DNA of 64,000 nt. It comes from Paramoeba atlantica. Its lineage: Eukaryota; Protista; Discosea. The stretch covers positions 248,001 to 312,000 of the forward strand of contig CDRNVI010000004.1 of the NCBI GenBank assembly GCA_977017575.1, given 5' to 3'. The notes beneath the pieces are model-generated. The model was given only the letters and a program-made list of their open reading frames with translations, ran no database searches and had not been told where the DNA came from. Shown here piece by piece: positions 55,573 to 64,000 of this stretch; the first letter of the stretch is position 1; every line of letters starts with the position of its first letter. The position numbers and the translations under genes were made by a program.

Positions 55573-57734
55573 TTTTTTTTTTTTTTTTAAAAACGAGCAA
55601 AATATATAACTAGCAAATACATGCTTTCCCATCTTACCCACTTCCCCTTACCAATCTTACCAGCTTTCCAGGGAGGGTAAGGTCTCCCTCGGCTAGGAGG
55701 GCCAGACTTTCCCCGAACCATTCGCGCGTTCCGGACCGGGTCTTTCGACCTCTCCCAGCTTGCCTTGGTAACCCTTCTCTTGTTGTACGAGAGGGCGCAA
55801 GCAATGGGCCTGTGCCGACAGCGGCACGGTCGCGGAGCATGATGCTGGCCGACGGGGAGGAACAAAGTTCCCTACCCATGTCCTACCTCACTTGGAGTAC
55901 CTAGCCCTGGCGGACTAGGCGTGAGCATAGACCTTGCCGGCATCGACCAGCATCCGGACCAGCTGTTCGGGTTCCGGCTGAGCGGCCCATCTTGCACATC
56001 CGTCATCGTGCTATTGCTCGATTAAAGGGGGCAAGGGGTCCACAGCCGGCAGGCGCGTAATCATCATGCGCGCCTGGCAACGCATCAATGTTACGTTCAT
56101 GTCGGTCACGAGACGGAGCGTAGAGGCCTCGTCTGTCAAGATACCGTTGGACGCTTTTGCCCTTCGTTCTCCAACCTTCCGGAGAACGGCTAAAGCACTG
56201 GCACTCCAAGAGCCATAGCTCTCGACCACCATAGCTGTGAAATCGCTTCCGGCATCTTCAGATTCACGGCGTTGTCGGACTTTCTGCTCTGAGGCATAAT
56301 GCTCTGCGAAGGACCCCGCGGCCACCCAGCTAGCATTTCGGACTGTGTCCGTGTATTTAGATTGCTGGGCGTGAGTGACCGCGAAGTCAAGCACGATAGG
56401 TTTCCAGAGGAAGAGACTCGGAAGGAAGACGTCCCCGGGTCTAGTCAGAGCGCCTCCGGGGCCCCGGTTCCCGAGGCTTTTTTCCCGTTGGGGAGCTAGG
56501 CGTGCGTTACTGCAAGTATCGGCAAAGTGATCGGCCAAGGCGTTGTGACGGCCGATGATACCGTCCCCGTGCTTGCATGTGAGAGCGTGATCGCCGTGTA
56601 TGTCCAATGGGAGTGTGCAGTTCCCCTTGGGACATGTACCTTCTTCCCCGTACACGGGCACACCTAACCACCAGCGGGATAGGATGCGGAATTCTGTGGG
56701 GTTAAAGGCGTGGCCCGTGTCTCTGGAAGGAGTTACGAACGCCCAACTGCTTGCTCCTTTACCACACTGAGAAGCCCAGCGTGCGCGAGTCCGGGCGTCG
56801 GCGTTTTCATATGCGTGCGAGAACTCTGTGGCAGAGATCGCGTAACTTATGTCTTTTTGGCGGGGGACGCTATTACTTGCCCAGTCGGGTGGCTGCGCGT
56901 CAACGCAATCTTCGGATGCGTAAAGGGGGTTTGTATCGTGTGGAAAGTCTTCGGAATGAGGCAATGCGCGGTCACGAGGAAGGGAAGGCGGATTTGCGGG
57001 TTCAAAGGGATGTCTGGTTTCTCCCTCGCGAGATCTCTTGGTGAAGCGAGCTTTGGGGGAGAGTTCTTCACATTTATGGCGCGGGATGGAACGCACGAGT
57101 CCGTTTGAGTCGAGTAGACTGATACCAACTTTCGAATTCACGTCTTCAATCGATTGTAGAAAGCCCTCCACTTCTGAAGCATCCCATGAGTCCGTGGCCG
57201 CCGCGAAAACTACAGAGGAGGCGTAAGCGGAGGATGCGTGCACGGTCGCCGATTTTAAACCGAAACCTCCGTGTCTTTTCAAGCGCTGAATTTGGGCGCG
57301 TGCGGAGGGAGGCAAAGGACATAGAGTGGATTCGACCGCGTGCATTAGGAAGTCGTCGAGCCGCTTGCAGAGGTTCATAACTGATTGCGGGGGCGTCGTT
57401 CGTAGAGCATGTACCAATTTGCAGAATCCAGCACATTGTCGAATTAGCGCCATGGCTACCTGGGGGTCCCGGATTCTGGTTATGGCATCAAGGGCCATTT
57501 CAGCGGGCTCAACCGCGTGTGTCAGCAGATATTCAGTACAGTACTCAGGGGACCCAATTGGGCTTCCTAGGACACTAAAGTTACCGCACACGTTTATTTG
57601 GCGTCGGGTATGTCCGGAAATATGGTTACAACGTTAGCCGAGGCAGGGGGGGTGATTATTTCGCACTTGGACATGTTCAGATATAGGCCCCATCGCGGAC
57701 CTACTCTGGCGATTGTATCCAACCAGTTCCTGAC

Positions 57735-57735
<1 letters not shown>
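55573..57735 (-). mobile_element. 5'-truncated CRE-like element family C, copy 1, poly(A) tail
   Basis: ORF 56011-57591 plus a frameshifted 5' piece (LNMSKC); CPKGNC..HALTC, RPGD..DFAV, VESYG. Confidence 0.88.
55723..55955 (-). ncRNA. Conserved structured RNA in family C 3' UTR
   Basis: Multiple helices with compensatory changes versus 62033-62260; copies at 58015-58247 and 62597-62829. Confidence 0.7.
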
Positions 57736-57767
<32 letters not shown>

Positions 57768-59257
57768 AGATAATAGGGGGGGAAGAGTACGAGTTCTAAC
57801 TTTATATATGTATGTACGGTATGACTTTCTCACTTACTTTCCCACTTGCTCAACTTCTTTCCCTCACTTCCCCCCATTTTGAAAACGAGCAAAATATATA
57901 ACTAGCAAATACATGCTTTCCCATCTTACCCACTTCCCCTTACCAATCTTACCAGCTTTCCAGGGAGGGTAAGGTCTCCCTCGGCTAGGAGGGGCAGACT
58001 TTCCCCGAACCATTCGCGCGTTCCGGACCGGGTCTTTCGACCTCTCCCAGCTTGCCTTGGTAACCCTTCTCTTGTTGTACGAGAGGGCGCAAGCAATGGG
58101 CCTGTGCCGACAGCGGCACGGTCGCGGAGCATGATGCTGGCCGACGGGGAGGAACAAAGTTCCCTACCCATGTCCTACCTCACTTGGAGTACCTAGCCCT
58201 GGCGGACTAGGCGTGAGCATAGACCCTGCCGGCATCGACCAGCATCCGGACCAGCTGTTCGGGTTCCGGCTGAGCGGCCCATCTTGCACATCCGTCATCG
58301 TGCTATTGCTCGATTAAAGGGGGCAAGGGGTCCACAGCCGGCAGGCGCGTAATCATCATGCGCGCCTGGCAACGCATCAATGTTACGTTCATGTCGGTCA
58401 CGAGACGGAGCGTAGAGGCCTCGTCTGTCAAGATACCGTTGGACGCTTTTGCCCTTCGTTCTCCAACCTTCCGGAGAACGGCTAAAGCACTGGCACTCCA
58501 AGAGCCATAGCTCTCGACCACCATAGCTGTGAAATCGCTTCCGGCATCTTCAGATTCACGGCGTTGTCGGACTTTCTGCTCTGAGGCATAATGCTCTGCG
58601 AAGGACCCCGCGGCCACCCAGCTAGCATTTCGGACTGTGTCCGTGTATTTAGATTGCTGGGCGTGAGTGACCGCGAAGTCAAGCACGATAGGTTTCCCGA
58701 GGAAGAGACTCGGAAGGAAGACGTCCCCGGGTCTAGTCAGAGCGCCTCCGGGGCCCCGGTTCCCGAGGCTTTTTTCCCGTTGGGGAGCTAGGCGTGCGTT
58801 ACTGCAAGTATCGGCAAAGTGATCGGCCAAGGCGTTGTGACGGCCGATGATACCGTCCCCGTGCTTGCATGTGAGAGCGTGATCGCCGTGTATGTCCAAT
58901 GGGAGTGTGCAGTTCCCCTTGGGACATGTACCTTCTTCCCCGTACACGGGCACACCTAACCACCAGCGGGATAGGATGCGGAATTCTGTGGGGTTAAAGG
59001 CGTGGCCCGTGTCTCTGGAAGGAGTTACGAACGCCCAACTGCTTGCTCCTTTACCACACTGAGAAGCCCAGCGTGCGCGAGTCCGGGCGTCGGCGTTTTC
59101 ATATGCGTGCGAGAACTCTGTGGCAGAGATCGCGTAACTTATGTCTTTTTGGCGGGGGACGCTATTACTTGCCCAGTCGGGTGGCTGCGCGTCAACGCAA
59201 TCTTCGGATGCGTAAAGGGGGTTTGTATCGTGTGGAAAGTCTTCGGAATGAGGCAAT
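57736..59257 (-). mobile_element. 5'-truncated family C copy 2 with longer 3' end and A30 tail
   Basis: ORF remnant 58303-59256; T run 57736-57765. Confidence 0.88.
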
Positions 59258-59805
59258 TTTTTTTTTTTTTTTTTTTTTTTTTTGCATATTCAAATCATTC
59301 TAAATACAAGCGTACAATACCCGCCGGCCATTTATCGGCGTATAAATCCCTTCGAACAATTCTATTTCCGTATGTTTCGTTTCCCTCTTCTTGAATCGTT
59401 TACTTCCATACATGTATGAATACGGTTTTTTTTTTCTTAATAAAAACACAGGTCTTAATAAAAACAAAGGTCTTAACAAAAACAAAGATCATCTAATCCA
59501 TCCGGTTTTAGGTTGTAGTTTGTTTGCTCGTTGCTTTTTTTTGAGGTATTATTTACAGATTTTTAGGGAATAATTTACCGCATGATTGTTTTGGACTTTA
59601 GGCGTTGTTGTTGCTGTTGGAATTGACGTGGACTTGTGCATATATATATACCATATGTATATTGCATAAAAACGAATCTCTCACTATTATTATTTTGCGG
59701 TATGTTCTTTTAGTTGCAACTTTACGCAGAGAAAATAAGCGGTCTTGACACGGGTTCTTTTTGCGAACTTTATTTTTCAATGGCTGAGGCCTCCTATGTT
59801 CTTTT
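59258..59805 (-). other. AT-rich poly(A)-tailed retroposed segment of unknown origin
   Basis: Ends ..TATGC(A)n; holds 18-bp repeat variants at ~59437-59488; inside the ataggat TSD. Confidence 0.55.
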
Positions 59806-60212
59806 ATAGGATCACTCACCCGTTGTCCACCCGGCATACGTGCTTGAACCTTGACGAAACTGAGATCGTAATAGCTTATATCCGGGAAAGGAAACGAATA
59901 TTCAATGTCAGGGTCATCGTCCCATCGCGCTTTAATCTCACTGTTCGGATCTTTTGGATTCTTAAAGTAGACACGACCTGTAACCGTGTATCGATCCTGG
60001 TCCCCTCGCTCCGACCACACTGCTTGAACGAAGACGCGATAACCTCGTGAGAGTAGTAAATTGGTTTTATCTGCAAATTCTCGCAAAGCTTCTTCGGACA
60101 ACGGAACGGCATGGCCACCGCCTTGCAGAATCGCCTCAACCTGGCCAGGGTTGAGTGTCTGCTGGTGATCACTCGGCGCGGCCGGATCAGGACTGATCGC
60201 TCTGGCCGTCAT
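59806..60212 (-). pseudogene. YR2 gag N-half
   Basis: ATG 60212 at the edge of repeat A1; joins 55565 in frame (RVSDPIQSEV) at atcctat. Confidence 0.85.
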
Positions 60213-60416
60213 CGCACACTAATAAAAATAACTTGTAAGAGAATGTAAGCTATAAAACTATACACAATCTACATAAAGTTATAATTTAAATCATATTAAA
60301 AGATATAATAGAATTCATAATCAGAGATTATGTGCCTCGTAGGGCCATTCGAGAAAAAGGAGTCTTTTCAAATTCGTATTTCTTCTCGTCTAAATTTCCT
60401 CTCGTAAACTATCAGA

Positions 60417-60503
60417 GTCGTCTGTTGAAGAGAAATGCTGTGAGAAGTGGACATGACAATAATCGTTTAACGAAAAAAAAAATAAGTCAACAAGGTACAG
60501 AAT
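60417..60503 (-). other. 5' end of family D: SL remnant, UTR, first 13 codons
   Basis: MSTSHSISLQQTT continues into LAHLDQKE at 41210 through core TCT. Confidence 0.82.
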
Positions 60504-60897
60504 GGTCTTCAAAAAAACAAAGGTCTTCAAAAAAACAAAGGTCTTCAAAAAAACAAAGGTCTTCAAAAAAACAAAGGTCTTCAAAAAAAAAACAAAGGTC
60601 TTCAAAAAAACAAAGGTCTTCAAAAAAACAAAGGTCTTCAAAAAAACAAAGGTCTTCAAAAAAACAAAGGTCTTCAAAAAAACAAAGGTCTTCAAAAAAA
60701 CAAGTCTTCAAAAAAACAAAGGTCTTCAAAAAAACAAAGGTCTTCAAAAAAACAAAGGTCTTCAAAAAAACAAAGGTCTTCAAAAAAACAAAGGTCTTCA
60801 AAAAAACAAAGGTCTTCAAAAAAACAAAGGTCTTCAAAAAAAAAACAAAGGTCTTCAAAAAAACAAAGGTCTTCAAAAAAACTAAGGTCTTCAAAAA
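60504..60897. repeat. 18-bp minisatellite (GGTCTTCAAAAAAACAAA), ~21-22 units
   Basis: Read directly; a few units vary in A-run length. Confidence 0.95.
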
Positions 60898-61279
60898 GAA
60901 ATCCACGCCGAGGGGCTCCCTGGAAACATATACACTGATAACATGTATGAATAAATGAACAACTATGAATAGCTCAATCGTAATTCAAAATGACACAACA
61001 TATCATTCATTCATTTCACACGCACAAAGATGGAAAAGAAACAAGCCTGCATAAAACAACACAATGAAATCAGCGTCTTCTTTCTCACACATAATGAACA
61101 AGAATAAATAAAATGAAACCAATTCCTAAATCATGTAATATCTTTCTTCATAAAGCCATTCAAAGAATTCAACTGCTTTAGTATCCTCACCACCTATCCA
61201 TGAAAAGAAATTAAGGTACCTGGCCATTTCAATCAAACTTACAGTATTTGAAACAAATCCACAACAAACTCCTTTACTT

Positions 61280-61830
61280 ACGAACGGGCATCCCGTCCGC
61301 CAACTCCGCGAACCAGCCCGGGTTGGTGGGCGGGCGCAATAAAAAGGTTAGAGAATACCAAACTAAATAAATGAAATCTCTAAACAAAACAAACAAATCA
61401 TATCTCATAATATAAATATTATGTGCCCCCAAGGGCCATTATATCAATCATCCTAAATTTCTAAACGTACACTTATATAAACAAAACAAACAAATCATAT
61501 CTCATAATATAAATATTATGTGCCCCGAAGGGCCATTATATCAATCATCCTAAATTTCTAAACGTATACTTATACAATGTCACTCTGTTAACGGGGTTCC
61601 CCCCCACCGGAACCCTCGGCCAAATGGCTGGGGGCTCGGTGGGTGGGCACAAAACTTTAAACGTAACAAAATAACAACCTAACAAGAATATAACAAACGA
61701 GTAAACACCCCCCTCCATGCAATTAGAGAATACTACATCATAATTTGAGAAAATTATGTGCCCCGAAGGGCCAGCAGGCAAATATATAGCCGCCCCTCGG
61801 CTAAATTTTTCGAAAACCAAGGCGTGAGGA
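61280..61830 (-). mobile_element. ORF-less remnants of split direct repeats from other YR families
   Basis: G-rich spacers (61321, 61625) followed by the ATYATGTGCCCCGWAGGGCCA motif seen in YR1/YR2 repeat A; ~97-bp tandem duplication at 61381/61478. Confidence 0.55.
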
Positions 61831-61912
61831 TAAAGTTTGTCAACCGATTAACATCCATAACCTTCCAAAATTATAGGGACAACCTCCAAACCCCAGGACC
61901 CCGTCCGCTCTC

Positions 61913-62336
61913 TTTTTTTTTTTTTTTTTTTTTCACATGTTGTAGCCCAAAACTAGTAATTCAACCTGCCTTAAGTTATTTATGATTCTGACAATAATAA
62001 TAAAAAAGGAAGCAATCCACGCCCAATCCATCCGCGCGTTCCGGACCGGGTCTTTCGACCTCACCACGGCCTGACTTGTTGACCCTTCCCTTGTTATATG
62101 GGAGGGCGCAGGCGCGGGCCTGTGTCGACAGCGACACGGTCGCGAAACAGGATGCTGGTCGACGGGGAGGAGATTCACTTCCCGTGTACTACCTCACTTG
62201 GGGTACCTAGCCCTCGCGGGCTAGGCGTGAGCATAGACTCTGTCGACCCGACCAACATCCAGGCCAGAAGTTTTCCTTACTCTTCTTTGCCATACCCCAC
62301 AAGTGCAGGGCCTGTGTTCGCCGAGGAACTCTTCTC
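61913..62336 (-). mobile_element. Short 3' fragment of a diverged family C relative, A21 tail
   Basis: Homologous structured RNA 62033-62260, different flanks, possible ORF end ..GYGKEE*. Confidence 0.75.
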
Positions 62337-64000
62337 TTTTTTTTTTTTTTTTTTTCTTTTTTTCTTGTCTTTGTTTTTTTTCTTTTTTTCTTGTCTTTGT
62401 TTTTTTTGCAAATAATTGGGGGGAATAGTATTGAGTCTAACTTTTTATGTATGGAGTCCAACACTTTGTTTTTTTTTATATAACTAGCAAATACATGCTT
62501 TCCCATCTTACCCACTTCCCCTTACCAATCTTACCAGCTTTCCAGGGAGGGTAAGGTCTCCCTCGGCTAGGAGGGGCAGACTTTCCCCGAACCATTCGCG
62601 CGTTCCGGACCGGGTCTTTCGACCTCTCCCAGCTTGCCTTGGTAACCCTTCTCTTGTTGTACGAGAGGGCGCAAGCAATGGGCCTGTGCCGACAGCGGCA
62701 CGGTCGCGGAGCATGATGCTGGCCGACGGGGAGGAACAAAGTTCCCTACCCATGTCCTACCTCACTTGGAGTACCTAGCCCTGGCGGACTAGGCGTGAGC
62801 ATAGACCCTGCCGGCATCGACCAGCATCCGGACCAGCTGTTCGGGTTCCGGCTGAGCGGCCCATCTTGCACATCCGTCATCGTGCTATTGCTCGATTAAA
62901 GGGGGCAAGGGGTCCACAGCCGGCAGGCGCGTAATCATCATGCGCGCCTGGCAACGCATCAATGTTACGTTCATGTCGGTCACGAGACGGAGCGTAGAGG
63001 CCTCGTCTGTCAAGATACCGTTGGACGCTTTTGCCCTTCGTTCTCCAACCTTCCGGAGAACGGCTAAAGCACTGGCACTCCAAGAGCCATAGCTCTCGAC
63101 CACCATAGCTGTGAAATCGCTTCCGGCATCTTCAGATTCACGGCGTTGTCGGACTTTCTGCTCTGAGGCATAATGCTCTGCGAAGGACCCCGCGGCCACC
63201 CAGCTAGCATTTCGGACTGTGTCCGTGTATTTAGATTGCTGGGCGTGAGTGACCGCGAAGTCAAGCACGATAGGTTTCCCGAGGAAGAGACTCGGAAGGA
63301 AGACGTCCCCGGGTCTAGTCAGAGCGCCTCCGGGGCCCCGGTTCCCGAGGCTTTTTTCCCGTTGGGGAGCTAGGCGTGCGTTACTGCAAGTATCGGCAAA
63401 GTGATCGGCCAAGGCGTTGTGACGGCCGATGATACCGTCCCCGTGCTTGCATGTGAGAGCGTGATCGCCGTGTATGTCCAATGGGAGTGTGCAGTTCCCC
63501 TTGGGACATGTACCTTCTTCCCCGTACACGGGCACACCTAACCACCAGCGGGATAGGATGCGGAATTCTGTGGGGTTAAAGGCGTGGCCCGTGTCTCTGG
63601 AAGGAGTTACGAACGCCCAACTGCTTGCTCCTTTACCACACTGAGAAGCCCAGCGTGCGCGAGTCCGGGCGTCGGCGTTTTCATATGCGTGCGAGAACTC
63701 TGTGGCAGAGATCGCGTAACTTATGTCTTTTTGGCGGGGGACGCTATTACTTGCCCAGTCGGGTGGCTGCGCGTCAACGCAATCTTCGGATGCGTAAAGG
63801 GGGTTTGTATCGTGTGGAAAGTCTTCGGAATGAGGCAATGCGCTGTCACGAGGAAGGGAAGGCGGATTTGCGGGTTCAAAGGGATGTCTGGTTTCTCCCT
63901 CGCGAGATCTCTTGGTGAAGCGAGCTTTGGGGGAGAGTTCTTCACATTTATGGCGCGGGATGGAACGCACGAGTCCGTTTGAGTCGAGTAGACTGATACC
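62337..64000 (-). mobile_element. Family C copy 3 (runs off window) followed by a diverged 3' tip and A-rich tails
   Basis: ORF 62885->64000 matches 56011-57130; 62408-62470 resembles 57766-57810. Confidence 0.88.

Larger units (their letters stand above)
41211..60416 (-). mobile_element. Tyrosine-recombinase retrotransposon YR2 (VIPER/TATE-like, split direct repeats), with two nested blocks
   Basis: A1 60210-60416; gag-YR-RT/RNH; B1 split into 52023-51809 + 41711-41682; A2 41478-41684; spacer 41456-41477; B2 41211-41455; A=207 bp, B=245 bp. Confidence 0.88.
32097..60503 (-). mobile_element. CRE-like RLE retrotransposon family D, SL-headed, carrying ~24 kb of nested material
   Basis: SL head 60488-60502, ATG 60454; pieces 60454-60414 + 41210-39465 + 34091-32546 total 3333 nt, an open 1110-aa frame; ggtctt on both flanks. 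Confidence 0.82.

Noticed and set aside
55723-55955. Host ncRNA gene (SRP, RNase P/MRP, snRNA, tRNA)
   Set aside because: Diagnostic motifs not found, and the structure always follows a family C stop codon or lies in a tailed fragment
57585-57620. Programmed frameshift in family C
   Set aside because: A single-base slip next to a C run in a 5'-truncated copy; sequencing error or decay is simpler
60504-60897. Telomeric repeat
   Set aside because: Not TTAGGG-like, and internal with ordinary sequence on both sides
60332-60958. KKQRSS / KKTKVF / FLKTFV repeat proteins
   Set aside because: Translations of the 18-bp minisatellite, open in several frames simply because the unit is a multiple of 3

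Overview
Eukaryotic transposon cluster with no host housekeeping gene, rRNA or tRNA recognised. Every element found lies on the minus strand. The host is probably a kinetoplastid or other euglenozoan. This is inferred from a spliced-leader-like 13-16-mer at the 5' ends of elements and from the mix of CRE/SLACS-like, Ingi-like, VIPER/TATE-like and Merlin elements. (i) 1-27371 is a tandem array of a CRE-like RT/RLE retrotransposon (family A, 4 copies). Two copies carry a 367-bp SL-headed SINE-like insert, and two carry a second CRE-like element (family B) in their 3' UTR. Each unit ends in the C-half of an RNase H gene whose N-half is at 27372-27615. (ii) 27625-32058 is an intact APE-RT-RNase H (Ingi-like) LINE. 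(iii) 32097-60503 is one CRE-like element (family D) inserted in an 18-bp minisatellite and expanded to 28 kb by nested insertions. These are a Merlin DNA transposon plus a duplication, and a tyrosine-recombinase retrotransposon (YR2). YR2 itself holds CRE element E/F (which holds YR1) and a poly(A)-joined concatemer of family C fragments. Removing the insertions at the TSDs and cores read from the sequence restores open frames for D (1110 aa), E/F (1623 aa), YR2 gag (320 aa) and RNase H (195 aa). (iv) 60504-64000 holds the minisatellite, solo YR repeat remnants and further family C copies. Most notable: DNA-encoded spliced-leader heads on unrelated retroelements; an Ataxin-2/Pbp1 LsmAD-like domain captured by family A; one Tudor/SH3-like module apparently shared by CRE, Ingi and YR proteins; and a ~230-nt covarying RNA structure in the family C 3' UTR. 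All domain calls are by-eye motif recognition; no database searches were run.
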